This document shows, one piece after another, positions 21,425 to 31,973 of a stretch of DNA of 64,000 nt (its first letter is position 1; each line of letters begins with the position of its first letter). Below the pieces are notes generated by a model. That model did not search any database and had not been told where the DNA came from. It saw nothing but the letters and a program-made list of their open reading frames with translations. Made by a program: the position numbers and the translations under genes. Origin of the DNA: an uncultured Verrucomicrobiae bacterium (GTDB lineage Bacteria; Verrucomicrobiota; Verrucomicrobiia; Chthoniobacterales; UBA10450); contig CAVWPA010000003.1 of NCBI GenBank assembly GCA_963756875.1, positions 1,280,001 through 1,344,000 of the forward strand, written 5' to 3'.

Positions 21425-22069
21425 TTGAAGAAACATCAAGGAAAAGGAATCCTTCGGCACCGCTTTGTGATCGGTGTCGCGCTTTTTGGTGTCGCAATCG
21501 GCATTTCGAGCACATTCGCCGGAGATGCGGTGTCACCCGACAAACAATGGGAATACCGGTGCGCTGACGGTCACTGGCCGGAAATCGTTAGGGCAGGCAC
21601 GACGCAAGTGGTGTTGGATCTTTCCACGCAGCTGGACGTGCCGCATGGGAACGACGCGGAGATCGTCTGGGCGCCGGACTCGAAACGGTTTGCTTTCAAT
21701 TACAGCCCGCCGCACGCGCCTCACACCAGCTACGAAACGATCGCGTTTTATGAGTTGCGCGGCGACAAATGGGTGGCGTTGTCTTTGCCCGTGGACGAGA
21801 CATCGGAGCGCGCGCAGTTGGCGCAGTTGGCCAAAAAGCAATTGCCGAAAAACGCTTACCCGCCTGGTGCCGACATAATTCGCGACATCTTGAAGGTGCG
21901 CAAATGGACGGACGCGAATACCGCGGTCCTCTATGCTCATGCTGCCTGGGAAGGAAGCGAATCGCGCAGCCCGGAAGCGAGTTTTCTTTTCACATTAAAG
22001 TTCGATGCGGAAGGCAACCCGAAGATCATCAAAACTCAACGCGTGCCGGACAACAGCGCAAAAGACTAG
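21425..22069 (+). CDS. Hypothetical secreted protein (WD40/PD40-like motifs)
   Basis: Signal peptide; SPDKQW and WAPDSKRFAF motifs. Confidence 0.7.
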   Translation: MKKHQGKGILRHRFVIGVALFGVAIGISSTFAGDAVSPDKQWEYRCADGHWPEIVRAGTTQVVLDLSTQLDVPHGNDAEIVWAPDSKRFAFNYSPPHAPHTSYETIAFYELRGDKWVALSLPVDETSERAQLAQLAKKQLPKNAYPPGADIIRDILKVRKWTDANTAVLYAHAAWEGSESRSPEASFLFTLKFDAEGNPKIIKTQRVPDNSAKD

Positions 22070-22105
22070 CCCGCCGCTTCAGTTCGGCGAAGAAGTTGTC
22101 GATCT

Positions 22106-24379
22106 TCACTGTTTTGGGCCAAAGACTTTCTGCACCAGCGTCTGGAAGCGCGGCTCGTTGCGCACGCTGTCGTAAATTTGGTCGATCTTCAGATACCAAC
22201 AGGCGCTATCCTGCTGCTCATAGGCCCTTTCCAGCCAATCCAACGTTTTCTCCTTTTCGCCAAGTCCCAGATAGATCGTCGCGAACGCTGTCGGACTGAC
22301 GTATTGCTGTTTCGCAAGATCTTCGAGTTCGCCCAACGCTTGCTCGGCTTTCGCTCGATCTCCGGAGATGGCATAAGCGTAGCCGAGGTACCCTTGGTAC
22401 CAAGCACCGGGATTCGGCGTTTTAGCTTTTTGCAATTCCACGATCGCGTCGGCCGCGTCGCCCTTTTTAAGGAAAGAGAGGCCTATCAAAACGTGGTTGA
22501 TCGTTGAATTCGGATCCATTTCCAGCGTCTTTCTGGCCTGCGCGATCGCATCGTCGTATCGGCCCGCCCAATACTGGTAAAAACTCAGACTCATTTGAAA
22601 AAACGGATTCAGCGGATCGAGTTCGATCGCTTTCCTGGTCTTCGAGATCGCCTCGTCGAATCTGCCAAGTCCATTCACAGTCCAGGCTTGTGTCTCGTAG
22701 GCGAATGCCAGATTTGGATTTAGTTTGAGCGCACGATCGAATTCTTTCAGGCCGTTTCGCCAGTCGTAAGCGGCGACGAGTGCAAGCGCTAGCGACATAT
22801 GCGCTTCCGCCAGTTCCGGATCGAGCGCCAGCGCCTTCTGCGCAAATTCTTTTTCCTTTCCGATAGCTTCTCTCTCCGGCATCACCACGCTTCCCATGTA
22901 CGCGTAGTTGTCAGCCAGTCCGCAGTAGGCTAACGCGTAATTCGGATCCAGTCTCAGCGCCTGCTCGTAATAACGGATCGCATTATTCCAGCCAGCCTGC
23001 GTGTACTTGGCGAACTCGTAGCGCCCCAGCAGATAAAGCCGGTGCGCTTCCGGATTGTCGGTCGGCTTCTTCGTCAAAAGGCGCGTCTCTTGGACACCTA
23101 ATTTCCCCTGCAACGCCTTCACTACCTGTTCGGCCACGTTGCTCTCGAAGTTGAGAATGTCCTTCATATCGCCGTCATAATCCTTCGACCAGAGATGGTA
23201 GCCGTCGGCGACGTTGATCAGCTGTGCGGTGACGCGAAGCTTGTTGCCGGCTTTGCGAACGCTTCCTTCCAGCACCGTATTGACATGCAACTCGTCGCCG
23301 ACTTTTCGGAAAATGTCCTCTCCCGTTTTGCCCTTGAAAGCGAAACAAGATGTTCGTCCCGGCACGCGCAGCCCTGGCACCGTGGCCAGTGCGTTAATCA
23401 GTTCCTCCGTCATGCCGTCACTCAAATATTCGTCGTTCTTGTCTCCGCTCATGTTTACGAAAGGCAGGACGGCGACGCTCTTCTCCGGGATCGCCGAATC
23501 GGTAGGGGACGGCTCGGGTGCGGCGGTTTTCTTGTCGGAAAGATCTTTCTTTAATTCCTGGGTGATTTTCTTGGCGACTTCGCTCTTAATAGTATCGACT
23601 AACGAAGGGGACCCGGTGGCGGTCGGTTGAGGTACTGTCGCTGATCGGCGTTGGCCGAGCGTGCGCACAATCGCGGGAGCGAAAATCACCGACACGATGG
23701 CAAGCGCGATCAGCAAGACGGCGACAATGAAGATCGCCCGGGCGAGCGGAGAGAGGGCTTTGTGCGTCCCGGCTTTAGAGCGGGGGATGCTGCGACGCGC
23801 TTTCCCGATTCGCGTCGGTGGCGCGGGATTGCCAATTGTCTCGGCATAAAGATTAACCAACGAGACAACAAGTCCGTGTTTCATTTCCACGTCGCCCAGT
23901 TCGTGAAGATACGGCTGCCAACGACGCTGTTGTGCGAGATCGTCACCCACGCGTTTACTAATGAGAATGTGGCCGGCGTCGCCGCAATCCATCACTCGTT
24001 GCGCGATATTGATCCCTACGCCGGCAATGTTTTCCCGCTCGTTTGCGTCCTTCACGTGATGGACCGGGCCGCTGTGGATTCCTATTCTCACCGGCAGGCT
24101 CGGCTGCGCGCGCAAAGCGTGGCTGATTTCCAGGGCGCATTCAACCGGCTCCTCCACGGATCCGCTGAAAACCAGCGCCATGCCATCGCCGGTCGGCAAA
24201 ATCGTAAGTGTCCCCGCAGTCTCGGCCTCGTGGACCGCCTCGGTGTTGCGCACAATCTGATTCAACTCCTGAAGCGCTTCCGATTGTTCGTCGGTCAGGA
24301 GCTTGGAATACCCGACGATGTCCATGAAGAGCACGTGCGCGATCTCCAAACGCAGCTTGGTCTTATCGTCCTCTGCCAT
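22106..24379 (-). CDS. Class III cyclase domain + TM + TolB-like domain + TPR repeats
   Basis: FMDIVGYSK, TGDGMAL, RIGIHSG and INIAQRV; TM helix; KSVAVLPF.N.S; TPR repeats; C-terminal R.EPRFQ. Confidence 0.9.
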   Translation of the reverse strand: MAEDDKTKLRLEIAHVLFMDIVGYSKLLTDEQSEALQELNQIVRNTEAVHEAETAGTLTILPTGDGMALVFSGSVEEPVECALEISHALRAQPSLPVRIGIHSGPVHHVKDANERENIAGVGINIAQRVMDCGDAGHILISKRVGDDLAQQRRWQPYLHELGDVEMKHGLVVSLVNLYAETIGNPAPPTRIGKARRSIPRSKAGTHKALSPLARAIFIVAVLLIALAIVSVIFAPAIVRTLGQRRSATVPQPTATGSPSLVDTIKSEVAKKITQELKKDLSDKKTAAPEPSPTDSAIPEKSVAVLPFVNMSGDKNDEYLSDGMTEELINALATVPGLRVPGRTSCFAFKGKTGEDIFRKVGDELHVNTVLEGSVRKAGNKLRVTAQLINVADGYHLWSKDYDGDMKDILNFESNVAEQVVKALQGKLGVQETRLLTKKPTDNPEAHRLYLLGRYEFAKYTQAGWNNAIRYYEQALRLDPNYALAYCGLADNYAYMGSVVMPEREAIGKEKEFAQKALALDPELAEAHMSLALALVAAYDWRNGLKEFDRALKLNPNLAFAYETQAWTVNGLGRFDEAISKTRKAIELDPLNPFFQMSLSFYQYWAGRYDDAIAQARKTLEMDPNSTINHVLIGLSFLKKGDAADAIVELQKAKTPNPGAWYQGYLGYAYAISGDRAKAEQALGELEDLAKQQYVSPTAFATIYLGLGEKEKTLDWLERAYEQQDSACWYLKIDQIYDSVRNEPRFQTLVQKVFGPKQ

Positions 24380-24768
24380 GAGCCTCTGAATTTAGGCGTT
24401 TGCCCCGGCAACAACTACAACATTCTTTCGGCGCGTTCCAGCCGCAGCGCTGGATCGGTTCGCCGGGCGTATCGAAGTAGCGATCTGGAGCCTGTCAAAG
24501 CGGAGCGTAACAAGTGGTTCGCAGCGAGTGCCGGGAGCGGTTCGATCACGGATCGCCAATCGAACTGATGACCGAGCTCCCTATCGATTGCCTAACAAGT
24601 AATTTTTGTAATACAAAAATCCCGAAGCCTGCGGGGTCCGGTACTCCCGGCAGCTGTCGGAGCATTTGCGGCTTTTGTTCAACCGAAACGGAAAATCTAA
24701 AAAGGTGATTTCTTCTGGGTCGCGTGCCGCGCCATAGTTGCAGTAATGAGCAGGCATTGTGGCGATGG

Positions 24769-25353
24769 TCAGTGCCCGCGCTTCTTTAGAGCCTTCTCGA
24801 TTCGAGGATCGGGAATCAACCACAAGAGCGCGGCGAACACATACAGTGCGCTGGCGATCCAGGAGCTCACAAACGCGAGCGGGATCCCGGCGAGGTAGAG
24901 CGCGAGAGAAAGTTTGGCTTTCCAATCTTTGCCAACAGCCAGCTCGAGAAACGATTCGCGGCCTTGTTTGGCGATGATGGCGCGCTCGAGAATATAGTAG
25001 GCAAGCCCCGCCATCAGCAATACGAAGCCGTAAATAGCGGTCGGGATCGCAGCAAGGTGATTTTCACCCATCCACGCCGTAGTGAATGGGAAGAGCGACA
25101 ACCAGAACAGGAGATGAAGGTTGGCCCAGAGAATCCCGCCGCTGACCTGCTCAGTCGCCTGGAACAAGTGATGATGATTGTTCCAATAGATGCCGAGGTA
25201 TATGAAACTTAGGACGTAGCTCAACAATACCGGCAAGACCGGCTTCAACGCGGCAAGTTCAACCGCATGTGGCACCTTCAATTCCAGCACCATAATCGTG
25301 ATGATGATGGCAACGACACCGTCGCTGAAGGCTTCGAGTCGGGTTGTTTTCAT
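24769..25353 (-). CDS. TMEM175-family potassium channel (DUF1211)
   Basis: RLEAFSDGVVAIIITIMVLE and YWNNHH motifs; six TM segments. Confidence 0.92.
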   Translation of the reverse strand: MKTTRLEAFSDGVVAIIITIMVLELKVPHAVELAALKPVLPVLLSYVLSFIYLGIYWNNHHHLFQATEQVSGGILWANLHLLFWLSLFPFTTAWMGENHLAAIPTAIYGFVLLMAGLAYYILERAIIAKQGRESFLELAVGKDWKAKLSLALYLAGIPLAFVSSWIASALYVFAALLWLIPDPRIEKALKKRGH

Positions 25354-25397
25354 TTTCGCACGCCTGACTGCCGATTCATTTAAGGCTACAATGCAAA

Positions 25398-26579
25398 TCA
25401 AGCCGCGCTGGGGCGGTCGTGTTTTGGAATCAGAACAATGAGTCCAATGCTACCGGCGAAAGCGAACGCTGCTCCATAATAGAACACAGCGGCGTGGCCT
25501 ACTCGGTCCCAAAGCACTCCGGCTACGACGCTCGCCACCAGTTCCAACAACCCGACGGTGCTGCTGTACCATCCGACTCCGCTTGCGCGTAAATTTTCGG
25601 GAACAAAATCTGATGCGAATGCTTTTCCGACTGCCCGGAATATTCCCTGATATAGACCGTAGAAGATAAACAGTGCAGCGAAAAATAGGACAGTCTGTGC
25701 ATGCGCAAAGCCAATATAGGCGAACATAAAAATGATAAACGAGGCGAGCAGGACATTTTTTCTTCCCAATTTGTCGGAGAAGGAGCCTGCGGGATAGGAA
25801 ATGAGTGCCGCGGCAAGGTTAAACAGAGCATACATCAAAATCGTCGTCTCCAAGGGGGCGCCAATATCCTGTGTCCGCAAAATCAAAAATGAATTGCTGG
25901 AATTGCCCAATCCGAAAAGAGCGATCACCGAAAGGTATTTCCAATACCCGCTCGGGAATTGGCGCAGGCTCACATCCATCTTTGATTTTACCGTCACTGC
26001 TGCGCGGCGCTCCGTTACGAGCAGAACCATGACAAAGGCGAGCAAGCCGGGAATGAGCGCTAGATAGAAAATAGCGCGCATTCCAACATGCAACGAATAC
26101 AGAAGAAAGATCGCGAAGAGCGGCCCGACGAAAGCGCCGGTGTTATCGCCAATACCTTCAAGTCCAAAGGCTTTTCCCCGCACGTTTTCGTTCACCGAAG
26201 ATGCAATGAGTGCATCGCGCGGAGGCGACCGTGTCCCAGCGCCTACTCGGTCCAGCAACCGTGCACCGAAGACGCCCTGCCAGACCGTCGAAATACCCAT
26301 CAAAGGCTTGCCTATTGCCGCCGCGAGATAACCGGCCAGCGCGATACCTTTCCTTTTTTGCAACCTGTCGGAAAGTGCGCCGGAGAAGCCCTGCACAATG
26401 TTCTGCGCTGCTTGGGCAAAACCCTCTACCAACCCGACGATACTGCCGCTCGCCTTCAACGTTCGGGTCAGAAATACCGGCAAAACCGGATAGAGCATTT
26501 CCGTAGAGGTATCGGCAAAGAAACTCGCCGCGGCGAGCAGGAACGAATTCCTCGAGAGCCCGGCGAAGTATCGCTTCAT
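25398..26579 (-). CDS. MFS transporter
   Basis: About 12 TM segments; motif A variants GALSDR..KRK and GSFSDKLGRK. Confidence 0.92.
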   Translation of the reverse strand: MKRYFAGLSRNSFLLAAASFFADTSTEMLYPVLPVFLTRTLKASGSIVGLVEGFAQAAQNIVQGFSGALSDRLQKRKGIALAGYLAAAIGKPLMGISTVWQGVFGARLLDRVGAGTRSPPRDALIASSVNENVRGKAFGLEGIGDNTGAFVGPLFAIFLLYSLHVGMRAIFYLALIPGLLAFVMVLLVTERRAAVTVKSKMDVSLRQFPSGYWKYLSVIALFGLGNSSNSFLILRTQDIGAPLETTILMYALFNLAAALISYPAGSFSDKLGRKNVLLASFIIFMFAYIGFAHAQTVLFFAALFIFYGLYQGIFRAVGKAFASDFVPENLRASGVGWYSSTVGLLELVASVVAGVLWDRVGHAAVFYYGAAFAFAGSIGLIVLIPKHDRPSAA

Positions 26580-27186
26580 GCTTCGCTAGTCCTCTAGTTT
26601 AAACGTAGACGCTGTTACGTGCGGCCTGGTATCGTTCCAAATCCAATCCCGAATCTCAGGCGGATCCGATACCGAAACAAGCTTGGGAAGGTGAACAGTC
26701 ATGGACGTTGAGTATCTGCAGTAAATGGAAGAAGAGCCCAGGTTCAGATCTACACTTCGTTGAAGTTCCGGCCTATAATGCATGAGCTAACATGGGAATA
26801 TTTCTCCGCCGCTCTTCCCGAACCACTCAACATTCGATTGTTTCAGAATGCTGTGTCGCCGATTTTCAGGAGCTTTGTTTCCGTTGATTGTCACTGAGAA
26901 GAGATTTTTTGAAAAGGAGTTTCTAACAAGGCTGCGGCGCGACAGCTCAACGTTTTGCCTTGTAAAGCTCGATGTCCGTAGCTGATTCGTTAGGGATTAA
27001 ATGTGATACAAAATCCTCGGAGCCTACGGAGACAGACTCAAGCAGAGACGATTACGAGCAGGATTCCCGTGACACCCGGAGCCTACTGATACCTTTTTGA
27101 CACCAGCAGCTTTTGGCTTTGCAGCGGCGTGTTCCGCATCGTTTCGTCTCGACATTTCGTTCGATTTGCGTATAAAGGCGCCGGTC

Positions 27187-27993
27187 ATGATGGTCAGGCG
27201 TTTTGTCGGGATAATCGTTTTCGCATTTTTGTTTTCTTCCGCTCGCGCGGCTTCAAATGCATTCGATAGTGCTGCTGACCCGACGTACGCGAGCGGCTGG
27301 ACCGATGGCAGCAATGGTGGGTTTGGGTTTGGACCGTGGTCGATCACGGCGAATCCGCCGGGCACCACTTCGGCGGGAACTTTTCTTGGAGATTCGACGA
27401 CGCTGGCGCCTGGAAACACCGGCGGCAATATCAATACCGCCGGCGTTTCGTTCGGACTCTTCGGCTACGACAATGCATACGTGAATGCAATTCGCGCCTT
27501 CAACGCTCCTCTTTCGGTTGGGCAGACCTTCTCCATGCAGATCGCGGTCAATTACCGGAATGGAAACAAAGGGTTCGACGTGACGGACCCGAGCGGTAAC
27601 AACATCTTCGATTTAAACATCGGGGGCGATGACTACAGCGTGAACGATACCGGTGGAGGGACGACCAACTTGTTTAATATGGCTTACGATCCGAACACTG
27701 TTTTCACTGTTTACATCACACAAACAAGCGCCACAGAAGGCTCATGGACGATAGTTCGAAGCGGCGGAATGAGTGGAACTGCGTCATCGGGAGGATTTCC
27801 ATACCAGGGAGTCGCCGCGGGAATTAACATTTACAATGTGCAAACTGTCGACGGCAACTTGGCCCAAGACTACCTGTTTGTGAACAATATGCAGATCGTC
27901 CCCGAGCCGTCGACCTTCGCCTTGCTCGGTGGCTCCGTTCTCCTCGGAGCGTTACTCCACGTCCGTCGCCGTCGATCCGCTCAAATCCGCTAA
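27187..27993 (+). CDS. PEP-CTERM surface protein
   Basis: Signal peptide; C-terminal VPEPSTFALL-TM-RRRR. Confidence 0.9.
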   Translation: MMVRRFVGIIVFAFLFSSARAASNAFDSAADPTYASGWTDGSNGGFGFGPWSITANPPGTTSAGTFLGDSTTLAPGNTGGNINTAGVSFGLFGYDNAYVNAIRAFNAPLSVGQTFSMQIAVNYRNGNKGFDVTDPSGNNIFDLNIGGDDYSVNDTGGGTTNLFNMAYDPNTVFTVYITQTSATEGSWTIVRSGGMSGTASSGGFPYQGVAAGINIYNVQTVDGNLAQDYLFVNNMQIVPEPSTFALLGGSVLLGALLHVRRRRSAQIR

Positions 27994-28296
27994 AGTTTTA
28001 CAGGTGGCTAAAACTGGTAATCACTATTCACGTCTTGCCGTGAGGCCAGGTTACGGACCCTTGGTTTTGACCAAAACCAAGTCGCCGGCTGCCCTAGGCG
28101 GATCGTAAAAAACTGACCGCCTCCCGAAATTCCAGATTCGGTGCCTGGCCTCCCTCCCGAGCACGTCCCCGTCCAGCCGTAAAGTTGGCTCCCGCCAACG
28201 CCGCCGTAAAGTTCGCGCCTGCGAACCGTTGACCTCCGACCTCCGTTTTCTGAGCTTACACTTGTAAACTCGATGAACCTGAGACAAAGATGATTT

Positions 28297-28617
28297 ATGG
28301 CACATGTCGTTACCAATAAGTGTGTGGGGTGCAAATACACCGATTGCGTGTTGGTCTGTCCCGTGGCCTGCTTTTACGAGATGGAGAAGCAACTGGTCAT
28401 TCACCCGGAGGAATGCATCGATTGCATGGCTTGCGTGGATGAATGTCCGGTGCACGCCATCTACGCCGAGGGGGACGTACCGCCGGAGTTTCAGGCGGAC
28501 ATTGCGTTCAACGCGACGGAGGGCAGACGGATACAAGAGTCGGGGCAGGCTGCCATCGAGACGAAAAAGGATCCCTTGCCGACCGCCGCCCAAAGAAAAG
28601 CGGAATTGGGATACTAG
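28297..28617 (+). CDS. FdxA-type (7Fe) ferredoxin
   Basis: [15 protein letters not shown] and [13 protein letters not shown] clusters. Confidence 0.9.
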   Translation: MAHVVTNKCVGCKYTDCVLVCPVACFYEMEKQLVIHPEECIDCMACVDECPVHAIYAEGDVPPEFQADIAFNATEGRRIQESGQAAIETKKDPLPTAAQRKAELGY

Positions 28618-28873
28618 AAGGAAGAAGAACGCTTTCGCTTTAGCTGAGAGAACCCCGAAGAAGTTCGGGGTCGAGAGCTTTTTGGAATTTGTAGCTTGGA
28701 GCTTCCCTGGTGCTTGGGGTTTGGAATTTGGTGCTTCTAATTCCCCTTCGCTCTTACCCCTTACCTCTTCGCCTACGCTCCGCAATCCAGCATCTAGTAT
28801 CCGGTATCCAGCAGCGTCCCCACTTCGCGCTCCGCCTGCTCCGGCCCGCGTCCTGCTAATTCAATGCGGGAAC

Positions 28874-29272
28874 ATGACCCATCCCTTACAGATCCTGGTT
28901 GTCGAGGATGAAAAAGCCCTCGCGCACATGATTGCAATGGTGCTTGGAGGTCCAACGGCCAAGGTGGTTAAGGCGAGGAACGGCTGGGAGGCACTCATCA
29001 GGATCGGCGTTGCGCCCCGGCCCTTTGACGTGGTTATCACCGACCATCGCATGCCGCGCATGACGGGCCTCCAATTGGTGCGCCGTCTAAGGGCGCAAAA
29101 CTTTGCCGGCAAGATTCTTGTTCTGTCAGGTTACCTGTCGGACGAGGACATTTCCGCTTACGAAGAGCTGCGTGTGGACATGATGATGTCCAAGCCGTTC
29201 GACTTTGACGAGCTGCAACAAGCGATGGCCGTTCTGGACAAGAAACCATCGGTGCTCGCTGGAGCAGCCTGA
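28874..29272 (+). CDS. Single-domain response regulator
   Basis: ATG at 28874; VVEDE, ITDHRMP, VLSG and KPF motifs. Confidence 0.9.
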   Translation: MTHPLQILVVEDEKALAHMIAMVLGGPTAKVVKARNGWEALIRIGVAPRPFDVVITDHRMPRMTGLQLVRRLRAQNFAGKILVLSGYLSDEDISAYEELRVDMMMSKPFDFDELQQAMAVLDKKPSVLAGAA

Positions 29273-29361
29273 TTGTCAGTCCGGTCGAAGACTCGCCATG
29301 GACCGCTCGGACTTGTAGCCGCTGCCGTCGGCTGCGGCATTGTTCCCGGTATTATCTCCCA

Positions 29362-29388
29362 AACTTGACTGCTTAAAGCAGTCAAGTT
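29362..29388. promoter_or_regulatory. Perfect 13-1-13 inverted repeat upstream of the SLATT gene (putative operator or hairpin)
   Basis: AACTTGACTGCTT-A-AAGCAGTCAAGTT. An identical half-site is at 7635-7647. Confidence 0.45.
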
Positions 29389-29519
29389 CGAAGAACGCTG
29401 GCTAACAGCCGGCACCAGCACGCGGGCCGCGCGCGAATACGAAACGAGATTAGAAGCCGCAACTTTTTGCTCGCTTTAGCAGTCCAATTCGGGTTTTCTG
29501 GATCCGGAGGATTCGGCGT

Positions 29520-30068
29520 ATGGATGAAGGTGTAGAGAAGCTCATCACCGGCTGGTTCGAACGGGCGCGCGACAACCAGCTGACACACGATGAATGCGGC
29601 ATCCGGCTCAACCGCTGGCATTATCGTTTGGGAATACCAATCATTGTCCTGACGACTGGTGTGGCAGCGGCCATTTTCTATTGGTTAGGCCGTCCGGATC
29701 TAAGCGACCCGATCAAGATGGCGATTGGAGTCGCCAGCGGTGCGGCGGCTCTCCTGGCCTGTTTGCAAACCTTCCTCGGCTTATCGCAGCGGGCCGACCA
29801 GCATAAGATTGCCTCCTCACGGTACGATGCGTTACGGCGAGCGCTCGAAATCTTGAAAACGTTTTCGCCGTCGGACCCGATCGAGCTGCGTCGCGCCGTC
29901 ACCGATATTCAACGAGGGATGGACCGGCTGGCCGAAACATCGCCGGCTGTTCCGGCGCGCTGGAAGGAAAAAATCGATAAGGAATTGGACAGCCGAGGCC
30001 AGGAACGCATTTTTCATCTTCCGGCTGCCGATCGCTCACCGGAAAAAATCGAACTCGGCGCCGCTTAA
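29520..30068 (+). CDS. SLATT-like two-TM effector protein
   Basis: W...AR..Q..H...LGIP.IVL (TM1), G.....LA.LQTFL (TM2) and RA..H......Y..LRR..E. Confidence 0.75.
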   Translation: MDEGVEKLITGWFERARDNQLTHDECGIRLNRWHYRLGIPIIVLTTGVAAAIFYWLGRPDLSDPIKMAIGVASGAAALLACLQTFLGLSQRADQHKIASSRYDALRRALEILKTFSPSDPIELRRAVTDIQRGMDRLAETSPAVPARWKEKIDKELDSRGQERIFHLPAADRSPEKIELGAA

Positions 30069-30114
30069 AGCACTGACCACCGTGGAGCTTCCCAAAGTTT
30101 ACTCGCCGGGGCGA

Positions 30115-30186
30115 GCGCGCGAATACCAAGCCAAACTCAAAGCCGAAAAGGAACAAAAAGCCCGCGCCTCCGTCCCGCAGTTCTGA
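30115..30186 (+). repeat. Orphan gene 3'-end fragment (AREYQAKLKAEKEQKARASVPQF*), longest contiguous copy of a dispersed direct repeat
   Basis: Other copies at 31821-31863, 34082-34108, 37056-37104 plus 37183-37212, and a diverged one at ~29424-29460. Confidence 0.75.
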
Positions 30187-30740
30187 CCGCTGATCGCCGT
30201 TCTCTGATAACCAATAACAGATAACTGCGGGCACCCCCGCCGCTGCCAATGTCGAAAGTTTAGATCTGACCACCATTCCCCCCGCACTCGTAAAGGACCT
30301 GACCGCACTCCTTTTTAGAACTGGCAAGCTGACAAACTGAATGGAGCGACTGGGTGAGCGCGACATGGCCGGTAAAGCCGCGAGGTAGCGGTCGAGCGCT
30401 GCGGGGCAGCCGAGATACAAATTCAGATCGCTCTCAAATACACACCTTTCCGAAAGAATTAGGGAAAGGGCTTTTACGCTGTAGATTGACACGGTTACTC
30501 AATCCCTTTCCCCGGATTGAACCAGATATGGAATTAACACGAACTCTGTCTCAAAGCGGCGCACTTTACTTCGCGCAACTACACACAACGGAGCGGCGGG
30601 CTGCTCTTTTTCGGCGGTTCGCTGCCGCAGCCAGGCTGCAGCCACCGGATGTGCGGCGACGGACTTTTGCCGACTCGCACGTCTCGAGGCGATTTCGTCC
30701 CGATAACGGGCGGTAATCGATTAACGAATTTAAGATCGAC

Positions 30741-30983
30741 ATGTCCAAAAAGTCCCGAGTATTAAATCGCCACCGAAGCAAGTGGATCGGATTTATTATA
30801 GCCGAAGGCTCGGCGATCGGTGTTCTTCTTCTGGCGGGGACATTTGCCTGGTCGTCACACCTGACCAATTCCACGCTGGGTTTTTTGATCAACATCGTGA
30901 TCCTCGCTGCCGCCGTGGCCATCGCTTTTATCCCAATCGTCCTCTTCGCGATCTCCCCCATTCTTCCACGCGCAGATCGTTAG
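30741..30983 (+). CDS. Small two-TM membrane protein
   Basis: 80 aa with two hydrophobic helices. Confidence 0.65.
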   Translation: MSKKSRVLNRHRSKWIGFIIAEGSAIGVLLLAGTFAWSSHLTNSTLGFLINIVILAAAVAIAFIPIVLFAISPILPRADR

Positions 30984-31073
30984 CGAAAGCCGACCTCCGG
31001 CCTTGGCCAATGTCCTTTCGTTCGTACCACCGATAGATCTCGCAATTGGTTCGATGTCTGCGATTGGTGTCAT

Positions 31074-31258
31074 GTGCCGCTTGAATCCTGCCCCGTCTGT
31101 GGCCATGCGCTTTCCGTCCTTGAGCGCCATTGCCGTCATTGCGCTGTCTCATCTGGGGCCGCGCGGTCGTCTTGGCGGTTTAACGTGAAGCATCTGCGAA
31201 AGCGGATCGTCGCGTGGTGGCGATGGGCGTTCTCGTCTACTTGATATTTCTCCGCTAA
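31074..31258 (+). CDS. Small zinc-ribbon protein, possibly with a C-terminal TM helix
   Basis: Read by hand from GTG 31074: MPLESCPVCGHALSVLERHCRHC... with stop at 31244. A 1-nt shift near 31215 would instead give VVAMGVLVYLIFLR* ending at 31258. Confidence 0.5.
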
Positions 31259-31321
31259 CGCAAGGCGCGGCGCGATCCGGGCGCGTTGACTTTACGCATT
31301 GCCGGACGAGCCTCTCTCATT

Positions 31322-31447
31322 ATGGGCGACAAATCTCCGAAAGCGAACCAGAAGCACAAGGCGCAGCAACAGGCGAAAGCCAACAGCGCGTCCCAGAAGA
31401 AAGCGCAACAAGCCTTAACCGCCAGGGCGGCGCCGGGAAAGAAGTAG
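31322..31447 (+). CDS. Small basic K/Q/A-rich protein (41 aa)
   Basis: Read by hand: MGDKSPKANQKHKAQQQAKANSASQKKAQQALTARAAPGKK*. Confidence 0.6.
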   Translation: MGDKSPKANQKHKAQQQAKANSASQKKAQQALTARAAPGKK

Positions 31448-31973
31448 GATCTCGCTGGCAGGCGGCGGGCGCTTGTTTTTCACAAAACGTCTACCCCGAA
31501 AGGTGAAGACGCGTTCCTGGTTCAGGCCTAAGTTGGGGGCAGAAAACAAAAGATAATGCGCAAAGAAAAACCCAAAGCCAATTTCAAGAGTAACCCTTCA
31601 ATCCCCGGCCGCGAAACCTTGCGGCCAAAGAATGTGTCGACAAAACATAACAAACAAATCGCACATCACGCGCCGGTACGCCGGGCTGCGAACAAAGGCC
31701 GCGGCTTCTGAGCAACATTGAGCGCCGGTCAGCGTTGTAATGGCCTTGTGTTTGCCGCCACGATCGCTTGCAGCTCGTAGTCTTTTATCGTCGGATGAAC
31801 CGCTGCCGCCGAAATTTGGCCGGAAAAGAACAAAAAGCCCGCGCGTCAGTGCCGCAGTTCTGAGCGCTGACTGGAGTTTACCCGTCCTGGTCGCCGTGGC
31901 GACCGCGTCGGGACCTCCGGCCACTGATCCCTATTTCCCGATCTCCTGACCCCCGAGCTGCTGCGAATTGCCG

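Noticed and set aside
27018..27086. CGGAGCCTAC direct repeat upstream of the PEP-CTERM gene
   Set aside because: Only two 10-mers; insufficient to call a binding site.
31481..31540. c-di-GMP-I riboswitch-like hairpin (GAAA loop, GACGC, GGCCTAA)
   Set aside because: Lacks the GGCAAA and GACGCAAA elements and an evident downstream gene; an Infernal/Rfam scan would be needed.
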